From Oscillospiraceae bacterium (GTDB lineage Bacteria; Bacillota; Clostridia; Oscillospirales; JAAYXM01): DNA of 64,000 nucleotides. The notes beneath the pieces are model-generated. The model made no database searches, was not told the origin of the DNA, and was given only the letters and a program-made list of their open reading frames with translations. Positions 30,966-39,007 of the stretch are shown here, piece by piece (the stretch's first letter is position 1; each line of letters starts with the position of its first letter). The position numbers and the translations under genes were made by a program. The stretch spans positions 390-64,389 of the forward strand of contig JAFSIZ010000186.1 in the NCBI GenBank assembly GCA_017439555.1. Reading direction: 5' to 3'.

Positions 30966-32153
30966 ATGTCAATGGATATCGAATTTGAAAAGAATGATTT
31001 TGAAGAAAACCGATATTCCCGTCTTGAGCTGATTCCCTGGTGGAATCAGGAGCTTCTGCACAACTCGACTGTTATGGTAGTCGGTGCCGGGGCGATAGGA
31101 AACGAGCTTATAAAGAACCTTGCTTTGCTCGGTGTCGGAAAAATCGTTATTGTCGATATGGATAAAATTGAGCAGACAAATCTGACGCGCTCGATACTTT
31201 ACCGTATGAAGGATGTCGGCAAATACAAATCAGAGGCTGCGGCGCAATCTGCGATGGAAATAAACCCGGATGTGCGCGCAATATGCCTCAACAGCAACAT
31301 CGTGACGGATATAGGTCTTGGAGTGTTCAGGCAGATGGACGTTGTTCTGGGCGGCCTTGATAACCGTGAGGCGCGCCTTGCAATCAATCAATCGTGCTAT
31401 AAGGTGAACAAGCCGTGGATAGACGGCGCGATAGAAGTTCTCAACGGCTTTGCAAGAGTCTTTGTGCCGCCGGGGCCGTGTTATGAATGCACGATGACGG
31501 AGACTGACTGGAGGCTCATCAACAAGCGCAAATCGTGCGCGTTGCTGACTCACGACCAGATGCTTGAGGGGAAGACCCCGACAACTCCGACATCCTCGTC
31601 GGTTATTGCCGGCATACAGGTGCAGGAGATGCTCAAGCTTCTCCACAATGACAGAAATCTGCCGACGCTTGCCGGAAAGGGCTATGTGTTCAACGGGCTC
31701 ACCCACGATTCATTCGTTGTTGAGTATCAGCAAAAGGAAGATTGTATGAGCCACGACCTCTATGAGGATATACGTGAGATGCCGTGGTCAGCGCGCACAG
31801 TTTCGTTTGGTGACATCATAGAAGAGGCATCGCGTGAGCTTGGTGGATCGGTTGTCATAGAGCTTGACCGCGATATTGCGACGACGGCGACCTGCGTTTG
31901 CGGCCACAAAAAAGACATTTTCAACACGGTAAACCGCCTGCGCGGCAAGGACATAGTTTGCGAGAAATGCGGAAAGTCCATGCAGTTTGAGGCAATACAC
32001 ACGGTGACGGCGGATTCCGATTTCCTTGGCAGAAAGCTTTTTGATGTCGGTCTTCCGCTATATCACATAATCGCTGTGCGCAAAGGTATGAAATATATTT
32101 ATTATGAATTGTCCGCAGACAAGGACGAGGTTTTGGGAGGTCTGTTTGAATGA
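30966..32153 (+). CDS. ThiF/MoeB-type E1-like adenylyltransferase
   Basis: Rossmann/ATP motif VMVVGAGAIGNELIKNLALLGVGKIVIVDMDKIEQTNLTRS. CYEC and C..CEKCG cysteine pairs. Candidate catalytic Cys in KRKSCALL. Confidence 0.8.
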   Translation: MSMDIEFEKNDFEENRYSRLELIPWWNQELLHNSTVMVVGAGAIGNELIKNLALLGVGKIVIVDMDKIEQTNLTRSILYRMKDVGKYKSEAAAQSAMEINPDVRAICLNSNIVTDIGLGVFRQMDVVLGGLDNREARLAINQSCYKVNKPWIDGAIEVLNGFARVFVPPGPCYECTMTETDWRLINKRKSCALLTHDQMLEGKTPTTPTSSSVIAGIQVQEMLKLLHNDRNLPTLAGKGYVFNGLTHDSFVVEYQQKEDCMSHDLYEDIREMPWSARTVSFGDIIEEASRELGGSVVIELDRDIATTATCVCGHKKDIFNTVNRLRGKDIVCEKCGKSMQFEAIHTVTADSDFLGRKLFDVGLPLYHIIAVRKGMKYIYYELSADKDEVLGGLFE

Positions 32154-34180
32154 ATGCAAGAATGAGGAGAATCGCCTCTGACTACGAACAGATTAAAAAG
32201 AATTTTTCAAACCATAAAAACATTGTTGTTGAGCCTATCGGCGAAGAGCCTGCAGAGAAATACAGAGTTACATATTATGTAAACGGCATATATCTTCTCG
32301 ATGACGGCAGGATAGAAACTCTCGGAAAGCACATTGTTATAATAACGCTCCACGCGGAGTATCCGAGATACAAGCCGATATGCACAATAGCAACGCCGAT
32401 CTGGCATCCGAATTTCAGGGATGGGCAGATATGCATCGGAGATATATGGGGTGCAGGTGAATCCCTTTCCGATATTATCGTCAACATCGGCGATATGATT
32501 CAGTATAAGAGCTGGAATTCCTTCAGCCCGCTTTCGGCAGATGCCGCAGAATGGGCGATTGAGAACAAGCATCTCTTCCCTGTTGGAAACATAAATCTCT
32601 GGACGGGTGAGGAAGAGGACGGCACGGTCAAGGGCGATTTCGATATCGATATCTTCGATGGCGAAGACGCAGCAGAAGAGGCGGCTCCTGCAGAAGAAAC
32701 GGCGCCTGTTGAAGATGCCGTGCCGGCTGAAGAAGCTGCTCCTATTGAGGAGGCTGCGCCGGCTGAAGAAAACTTCAAGGAAACTCAGGCAAACGTCAAC
32801 GCAGCTCAGGGTGGAGATGTAAACGTTTCAGATTCCGGAAAGCTGAAGGAGGAGAGCCCGGCCTCGATTTCGGCGGTGTCATCTGCTCCGGCGGAGAAAG
32901 GTGACGAAGAGGATTTTGAGATAACCGCAGAGGAGCTTGCAGGAATAGAGTTTGTTCCGAGCGTTGTAAGAATGCAGGGCAGCCAATACGGAGCAACGGC
33001 AAAGGGCGGAAAGATAAATTTAAAGACTGTGCTTGTCAAGGGTCTGCTCTGGGCTCTCATAGGCGCATTCCTCGGCTTTGTTGTTTCTGAGATTGCAAAT
33101 CCGCTGATCGGCAATGCTGCCGTTGCGAGAATGCTCGGTCATTCAGAGCTTGCGGATTATTATGAATACACTGAGCTTGCGGATGAGGCTATTGCACCTG
33201 TAAACCGCGCGTTTGCCGATTATTGCAACAGAACAGGCAAGAATCCGAACAGTGAGGGCGTGCTCGAGGATTGGCTTGAGGCAAATTCCTCTGCCTATTC
33301 CGGCGCTATAGATCTCTATTCTGACTATGACGACAAGGCAGACGAAGCTCTTTATAATGCATATGAAGATGACTTTGCCTCGAATGAGGATGCACTCGGA
33401 GACGCTCTGGCCGGAATATCGAGAACGCACACAGCTCTCTGGTCGGGGATAATAGCTCTCTTTATAGGGCTCTTCCTCGGAATTGGTGAGGGTGTATACT
33501 ATGGCTCAAAGGAAAACGCGCTGAAATATGCGCTTATCGGCGCAGGTATCTCGATTGCTGTCGGCGCAGTGAGCGGATATCTCGCACAGTGGATGTATGC
33601 ATCTATGCTTTCGGATTATTCGTCAAGCATTGCTTCTGCGTTTGTGCGCGGTCTCGGATGGGCGATAATGGGCGCAGGCATTGGCTTGTCTATAGGTCTT
33701 ATCAAGCCTGAGCAGAAGAGAATCCTTTTCTGCACGCTCGGCGGCGTTATCGGTGCATTTATCGGCGGATTCCTGTTCAACTATGTCTGCGATATCATAC
33801 CCAATGACATAGTTGCCCGCGGAATTGCGATAATCATCATGGGGCTTCTTATCGGTGTCGGCGTCGGTATGCTTGAGCAGTTTGCAAAGGCGGCGTGGCT
33901 CAAGGTCATCAGAGGCGAATTTGAAGGTAAGGAATATCTTGTATTTGAGGGCAGAACATCAATCGGTAACAGCGGCAAGAACACAATTGTTCTCTTTAAA
34001 GACAAGCTTGTTGCTCCCGATCATTGTGAAATTGTTCAGGAAGGCACTAAATATGTTCTCGTTGACAAGGGCTCACCGATGGGAACTGTTGTCAACGGAA
34101 TGAGAATAACACGTCACGTTCTGCGTCAGGGCGATGCAATTGCAATAGGCAATTCAGTGCTCGTATTCAATATGAAATAA
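32150..34180 (+). CDS. E2 (UBC-like) domain, acidic PAEE linker, polytopic membrane region, C-terminal FHA domain
   Basis: RRIASDYEQIKK, EYPRYKP and IWHPNFRDGQIC(95)IGDIW give the HPN-x6-Cys E2 signature, with the Cys codon at 32432-32434. Several long hydrophobic helices lie at about 33040-33900. The FHA pattern is GRTSIGNS...APDHCEI...YVLVDKGSPMGTVVNG...L..GD.I.IG. ATGA overlap with the E1 gene. Confidence 0.75.
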   Translation: MNARMRRIASDYEQIKKNFSNHKNIVVEPIGEEPAEKYRVTYYVNGIYLLDDGRIETLGKHIVIITLHAEYPRYKPICTIATPIWHPNFRDGQICIGDIWGAGESLSDIIVNIGDMIQYKSWNSFSPLSADAAEWAIENKHLFPVGNINLWTGEEEDGTVKGDFDIDIFDGEDAAEEAAPAEETAPVEDAVPAEEAAPIEEAAPAEENFKETQANVNAAQGGDVNVSDSGKLKEESPASISAVSSAPAEKGDEEDFEITAEELAGIEFVPSVVRMQGSQYGATAKGGKINLKTVLVKGLLWALIGAFLGFVVSEIANPLIGNAAVARMLGHSELADYYEYTELADEAIAPVNRAFADYCNRTGKNPNSEGVLEDWLEANSSAYSGAIDLYSDYDDKADEALYNAYEDDFASNEDALGDALAGISRTHTALWSGIIALFIGLFLGIGEGVYYGSKENALKYALIGAGISIAVGAVSGYLAQWMYASMLSDYSSSIASAFVRGLGWAIMGAGIGLSIGLIKPEQKRILFCTLGGVIGAFIGGFLFNYVCDIIPNDIVARGIAIIIMGLLIGVGVGMLEQFAKAAWLKVIRGEFEGKEYLVFEGRTSIGNSGKNTIVLFKDKLVAPDHCEIVQEGTKYVLVDKGSPMGTVVNGMRITRHVLRQGDAIAIGNSVLVFNMK

Positions 34181-34301
34181 AAGCGGCGAAGGCAAAATAC
34201 AGATAGTATAATCAACAACGAAAGGGGGACAGTGTTACGCGTAAGCCAAAACACTGTCTCTCTGTCCGTTTTCACAAAAAGAAGGCAAGGAGTGAAACAG
34301 A

Positions 34302-35180
34302 TTGAGCAACCTGAGAAAAAAGGGCAGCAAGAAGAAAAAGGCCGTAAGCCGTGAGCTTTTGCCTGAGCTGCCGCAGAATATTTTCCCTGTAGGCGAGCGT
34401 GTTCTTGATAACAAAAACATATACATTCATCAGAAGGTCTATGCGCAGATTCATAAATTTGCTTCCAACAAAACGGAAAATGAGCACGGCGGAATTCTTG
34501 TCGGCCGTGTGGTCAATGAGATGGGCAAGGAAAACACAATAATAGAGGCGTTTATTGAGGCAAAATATAATGCCGCAACGCCGACAACATTGACCTTCAC
34601 TCACGAGACGTGGGAGCATTTCCATTCTGAAATGGACAAGAAATATAAAGACAGGAAAATCGTCGGATGGATACACACACATCCGAACTTCGGTATATTC
34701 CTTTCAGAAAACGACAGATTCATCCAGCAGAACTTTTTCACGGATGTAAATCAGGTCGCATATGTAGTTGACCCGATACAGAACGACGAAGGCTTTTTCT
34801 TCTGGGTTGACGGGCGGCTTGAGCGTTGCCCGGGATTTTATCTGTTCGATAAGGTCGGAATCAAGATAAGACAAAAGGCAATCTGGGAGAAGGGCTCTGA
34901 CGATGAGAATGAAGGCGGCGAAAAATCGTTTGGTACCGGAATACTTATCCCGATTCTCCTCGCTCTGATTGTTCTGGCAAATATGGTGCTTACGATAAAT
35001 CAGAATTCAAGGATGAACAGGCTTGCGCAAAAGCTTGCTCAGGCAGAGCAGGTCATCCAGAGCCAGATAATTATGATCAACGGCCTGAGAGAGCAGGTCT
35101 ATGAGCTTGAAGGCTATCATATGCCTGAGCCTCAGGAGGAGACAACGGAAAATACTGAAAAAGATTCAGAGAAGAAATAG
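34302..35180 (+). CDS. JAB/MPN (JAMM) metallopeptidase with C-terminal TM helix and coiled coil
   Basis: Glu in EAFIEAKY plus HTHPNFGIFLSEND gives a complete E...HxHx7Sx2D JAMM motif. TM helix GILIPILLALIVLANMVLTI. TTG start with an AAGGAG RBS. Confidence 0.78.
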   Translation: MSNLRKKGSKKKKAVSRELLPELPQNIFPVGERVLDNKNIYIHQKVYAQIHKFASNKTENEHGGILVGRVVNEMGKENTIIEAFIEAKYNAATPTTLTFTHETWEHFHSEMDKKYKDRKIVGWIHTHPNFGIFLSENDRFIQQNFFTDVNQVAYVVDPIQNDEGFFFWVDGRLERCPGFYLFDKVGIKIRQKAIWEKGSDDENEGGEKSFGTGILIPILLALIVLANMVLTINQNSRMNRLAQKLAQAEQVIQSQIIMINGLREQVYELEGYHMPEPQEETTENTEKDSEKK

Positions 35181-35193
35181 GAGGAGCGCAGAT

Positions 35194-36057
35194 ATGGATT
35201 ATACAGGAAAAATTTGCCCCTATTGCCAGACGGAATTCCGCGAAGGTGACGATATTGTCGTGTGCAGTGTATGCGAAATGCCTCACCATAAGGAATGCTG
35301 GATTGAAAACAAGGCCTGCACAACCTTTGGCTGCACAGGAACGATAAAGGGCGTTGACCAGAGCACAGAGGCGGCGATAAATGAGACGGAATGTGTAAGC
35401 TGCGGTGCAAAAATGAAGGCAGGGCAAAAGTTCTGTTCGAAATGCGGAGCGGCGGCAAGCAGCGGCGGGCCAAGATTTCAGGCGGCAGGAGCAAATATGC
35501 AGCAACCGTATGCAAATCAGCAGCCATACGCAAATCAGCAACCGTATGCAAATCAGCAGCCATACGCAAATCAGCAGCCGTATGCAAATCAGCAGCCGAT
35601 ATACGGACAGATGTGTGCTAAATATGATGCAAATGACCCGGTTATGATTGCGTTTCTTGAAAAGAATATAATGCAATACGTAAACATCTTCAATAATCTT
35701 GAGGCGAAAAACTCAAAGACATCCTGGAACTGGTGTGCATTTCTTTTTGGAGCAAACTGGTTTGCATATAGAAGGATGTATCCGCTCGCGGCAGCGATTA
35801 TCGGCGTTTCCTTTGTTCTCACTCTCTTCGGAGAGGTTGGAACTTTCCTGAGCCTGGCGATGTCTGTATGTCTTGGGATTTTCGGAAACTTTCTTTACAA
35901 GCAGCACATTGATGTTGAAAAACAGGCTTGTGCAGGTTTTGATGATGCAGGAAAAAGCGCTCATATAGCAAAGAAGGGCGGAGTAAGCGTGGTTTCGGTT
36001 GTTGTTATGTGCATCATTACATTCGTTCTGAATATGTTTTTTACAACTGTCGGGTGA
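35194..36057 (+). CDS. C4HC3 RING/PHD-like zinc finger, zinc ribbon, (QQPYAN)n linker, DUF2628-like multi-TM domain
   Basis: C-x2-C-x12-C-x2-C-x4-H-x2-C-x6-C-x4-C within KICPYCQTEFREGDDIVVCSVCEMPHHKECWIENKACTTFGC (nt 35215-35334). CVSCGAKM...FCSKCG zinc ribbon. WNWCAFLFGANWFAYRRMY is DUF2628-like. AGGAGG RBS before ATG 35194. Confidence 0.65.
   Translation: MDYTGKICPYCQTEFREGDDIVVCSVCEMPHHKECWIENKACTTFGCTGTIKGVDQSTEAAINETECVSCGAKMKAGQKFCSKCGAAASSGGPRFQAAGANMQQPYANQQPYANQQPYANQQPYANQQPYANQQPIYGQMCAKYDANDPVMIAFLEKNIMQYVNIFNNLEAKNSKTSWNWCAFLFGANWFAYRRMYPLAAAIIGVSFVLTLFGEVGTFLSLAMSVCLGIFGNFLYKQHIDVEKQACAGFDDAGKSAHIAKKGGVSVVSVVVMCIITFVLNMFFTTVG
35500..35600 (+). repeat. Coding tandem repeat, 18 bp x about 5.5 (QQPYAN)
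   Basis: cagca(a/g)cc(g/a)ta(t/c)gcaaat units. Confidence 0.85.
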
Positions 36058-36063
36058 TAGGTG

Positions 36064-36834
36064 ATGGAAGATTTCAACATTGAAATAATCGACAGCGGAG
36101 CGGCTTCGGCTACAAGGCCGCTTCCGTTGCCGAAGAATTTCGTGGCTGTTGGCGACGCCGGCGGAGATAGTGCGCAGATATATATAAAACAGGATGTCTA
36201 CAAGAGGATAGAAAAATTTGCAAAGGAGCAGATGTCCAAAGAGGTCGGGTCTGTTCTTGTCGGAGAATATGCCGTTGTCGGCGGCAGGAATACGGTTATC
36301 ATTTCCGATTTCATAGAGGCGAAATATACCGATGCCACAGCCGCGACGCTCACATTCACACACGATACCTGGGATTATATCAACCGTGAGCTTGAGACAA
36401 ACTATCAGGGTAAGGTGATAGTCGGCTGGCAGCACACACATCCCGGCTACGGCGTTTTTCTGTCGAGCTATGATATGTTCATTCAGGAAAATTTCTTCAA
36501 TCTTCCGTGGCAGATTGCATATGTTGTTGACCCGATTGCGGATACGAGGGGGTTTTTCGAATGGAAGGACGGAAAGGTCGTTCCGTCGGGCGGCTTTTTC
36601 GTGTATGACGCAATAGGCCGCAGGATAGACATTGATAAGCCTGTGAGCCTGCAAGGAAAAGGCTTTTCGAAGCTGAGCGTTATTCTTGCAATTCTGCTTG
36701 CGCTGTCTCTTATCGCAATGATATGGCTGACTGTCGAAAACGGAATTCTCAGGAACTATCACCATTCGATAGAACGCATTGAACAGGATCTCGAGGAGCG
36801 GGATCTGCCCATAAGAACAGATGACCTGATTTAG
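36064..36834 (+). CDS. Second JAB/MPN (JAMM) metallopeptidase with C-terminal TM helix
   Basis: EAKY Glu plus HTHPGYGVFLSSYD gives a complete JAMM motif. TM helix LSVILAILLALSLIAMIWLTV. Start is ATG 36064 or GTG 36061. Confidence 0.78.
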   Translation: MEDFNIEIIDSGAASATRPLPLPKNFVAVGDAGGDSAQIYIKQDVYKRIEKFAKEQMSKEVGSVLVGEYAVVGGRNTVIISDFIEAKYTDATAATLTFTHDTWDYINRELETNYQGKVIVGWQHTHPGYGVFLSSYDMFIQENFFNLPWQIAYVVDPIADTRGFFEWKDGKVVPSGGFFVYDAIGRRIDIDKPVSLQGKGFSKLSVILAILLALSLIAMIWLTVENGILRNYHHSIERIEQDLEERDLPIRTDDLI

Positions 36835-36848
36835 CTTTGAATAACAAA

Positions 36849-36886
36849 AGAAACCTGCGATCAAGCTGCATTTGCAGGTTTTTCTG
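36849..36886 (+). terminator. Probable terminator closing the Ubl locus
   Basis: aaacctgc (36851-36858) pairs with gcaggttt (36874-36881), followed by ttttc. Confidence 0.55.
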
Positions 36887-36995
36887 TTTGCTTTTTTTCT
36901 TGAAGGTGATATAATACAAGAGCAGAGTGAAATGATTTTATAACAGCTGAATACGGAAATATAAAAGCTTTGATATCGGAAAGGAGCTACAAACA

Positions 36996-37541
36996 ATGTA
37001 TGAAGAAATAAAAACAGCCCTGCGCACTGCGGCGGAGGAGCTTTGCGAAAATGCGAAGCTGAAGGCAGGCGATATCGTCGCAATCGGATGCTCAACGAGC
37101 GAGGTAATGGGCGAAAAAATCGGAACAAGCTCTGTTGCGGAGCTTGGCGCGGCAATCTATAGTGCGCTCAGCGAGGTTTTCTCGGCAAAGGGAATCTATA
37201 TCGCGGCGCAGTGCTGTGAGCATTTAAACCGTGCGCTCATCATCGAGCGCGAAGCAGTCCCCGGCGCATATGTCTGCAACGCAGTTCCCCAGCCGAAGGC
37301 AGGCGGCTCTTTTGCAACGGCGGCATACGCCGCAATGCGTGATCCGGTCGCAGTCGAAAGAGTTGTTGCTGATGCAGGAATGGACATCGGCGACACTCTT
37401 ATAGGAATGCACGTCAGACCCGTTGTTGTTCCGTGCAGGCTTTCAATCAGGAGCATAGGAGAAGCGCATCTCGTTTGCGCAAGAAGCCGCGCAAAATTCA
37501 TAGGCGGCGAGCGCGCACACTATGACAAGGATTTGATGTAG
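36996..37541 (+). CDS. TIGR01440 / UPF0340 (YwlG-like) family protein
   Basis: 181 aa. ...GDIVAIGCSTSEVMGEKIG...IYIAAQCCEHLNRALIIERE... matches this family as I recall it. Confidence 0.62.
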   Translation: MYEEIKTALRTAAEELCENAKLKAGDIVAIGCSTSEVMGEKIGTSSVAELGAAIYSALSEVFSAKGIYIAAQCCEHLNRALIIEREAVPGAYVCNAVPQPKAGGSFATAAYAAMRDPVAVERVVADAGMDIGDTLIGMHVRPVVVPCRLSIRSIGEAHLVCARSRAKFIGGERAHYDKDLM

Positions 37542-37552
37542 GATAAAAAATG

Positions 37553-37588
37553 CAGCTACCCGAAAATTTTTTCGGGTAGCTGTTTTTA
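37553..37588. terminator. Bidirectional terminator
   Basis: cagctacccgaaaa/ttttcgggtagctg hairpin between convergent genes, followed by a T-run. Confidence 0.75.
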
Positions 37589-37605
37589 TTGCGGTTATAT
37601 TTTTT

Positions 37606-38316
37606 CTACATCCCAAATCCGCCGCCGACGGAGAGGGTTTCGCCCGTTATGAAATCCGCCTCCGCGAAGAAGAGCGCGGCGTGGGCAACATCTTCCGGTT
37701 TTCCGATTCTGCCGAGCGGTGTTTCGTCGCAGAGCGCGGCCATATCCTCATCCGACAGATGTGCATTCATCTCCGTTTCGATGACACCGGGCGCGATGCA
37801 GTTGACGGTCACGCCCGAGGGGCCGAGCTCCTTTGCAAGCGCGCGAGTGAAGCCGCAAAGCCCTGCCTTTGATGCGGAATAATGCGTCTCACAAGATGCG
37901 CCGACAATGCCCCAGACGGATGAAATATTGATGATCCGCCCGAAATTTTTGCGTATCATACCGCGTGAAAAGATTTTAGAGCAGAGAAACGCGGATTTGA
38001 GATTTGTGTTCAGCATATTGTCCCAATCGCTTCCCGAAATATCGGAAAGGAGCGCAAACTGCGCGATACCTGCATTGTTTACGAGAATATCGACATCGCC
38101 GATTTCTTCAAAAAGCGCCAGGACCGATTTTTCATTTGAAACATCACAATATACCGGCCTGAGCGCAAAGCCATCCTCTGCGAGCTTGTCGCGAAGAAGG
38201 GGAAGCGTTGTATCAGTTGTCCTATAGGTTGCGAAGACCTCATCGCCGCGTCTTGCAAAGCTCTCTGCGATGCAATAGCCGATGCCGCGCGATGCACCTG
38301 TAACAAGAACCTTCAT
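37606..38316 (-). CDS. Short-chain dehydrogenase/reductase (SDR; FabG-like 3-oxoacyl reductase type)
   Basis: Motifs TGASRGIG, NNAG and YSASKAG. Confidence 0.8.
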   Translation of the reverse strand: MKVLVTGASRGIGYCIAESFARRGDEVFATYRTTDTTLPLLRDKLAEDGFALRPVYCDVSNEKSVLALFEEIGDVDILVNNAGIAQFALLSDISGSDWDNMLNTNLKSAFLCSKIFSRGMIRKNFGRIINISSVWGIVGASCETHYSASKAGLCGFTRALAKELGPSGVTVNCIAPGVIETEMNAHLSDEDMAALCDETPLGRIGKPEDVAHAALFFAEADFITGETLSVGGGFGM

Positions 38317-38341
38317 ATCATTGCCTCATTCGTCTTGAATT

Positions 38342-38860
38342 TTATTTTGAGCTGTCAAGTGAAAGCGAATAGATTATCGGGATAAAGCCTGCGCGGATGC
38401 GGTCGACAGTTCCGGGAAGCTCTGTATATGTCGCAAGATATGTTTTGTCGGGAGCATCGTAAATGACTCGCGTAATCTCATTTTCGTTATATGTATACAT
38501 GACAACGAGAGCCGGGATGCCGTTCTGCTCGCGCTTTTCAAAAGCGGAGATATCTATATCTGCCATTCCCTCTGCAGCAACCATCTCGGCAAAAGCCTTC
38601 TCCGAGATGTCTGTTATTCCGCTCTGCTTTGCGGATGACTGAACGGTTACCGTCGTGCCGCTGTGTGAATCCATCACGACGAAATCTATCTCTTTTGAGA
38701 AGGATGTCGGCTCAAGATCAGAGGGATATGCAAGCTCATAGCCGTTTTCCGAGGAGAAGGTCACAAGCTCAGCTGGCGGCGTGTCGTCTGCCGGAGAGCA
38801 GGCGGCGAGGAGCATAGACGAGAGGAGAAGTGCGAGCGCGAGTGAGAGAAGCTTTTTCAT
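38342..38860 (-). CDS. Lipoprotein (function unknown)
   Basis: Signal peptide with lipobox LLAAC. Confidence 0.55.
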   Translation of the reverse strand: MKKLLSLALALLLSSMLLAACSPADDTPPAELVTFSSENGYELAYPSDLEPTSFSKEIDFVVMDSHSGTTVTVQSSAKQSGITDISEKAFAEMVAAEGMADIDISAFEKREQNGIPALVVMYTYNENEITRVIYDAPDKTYLATYTELPGTVDRIRAGFIPIIYSLSLDSSK

Positions 38861-39007
38861 TGTATTTACCTACCTTTAATCATAATTGCTTATATTGTAA
38901 CAGAAACCGACAAGAAGAGCAAGCAGAAAAGTTGGCACAAAGTTGGCAACCCAAAAAATAAATTTGGTGGTAGAATATATGGCAAATATGAAAAAGGAGG
39001 TGAGAAT

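Noticed and set aside
29902-30972. 356-aa minus-strand ORF
   Set aside because: It is antisense to the Ubl-fusion gene, which has an RBS, a recognisable domain and a paralogue. It is a shadow ORF.
35713-37155. 480-aa minus-strand ORF
   Set aside because: It is antisense to the RING-like and second JAB genes, which have clear catalytic motifs. It is a shadow ORF.
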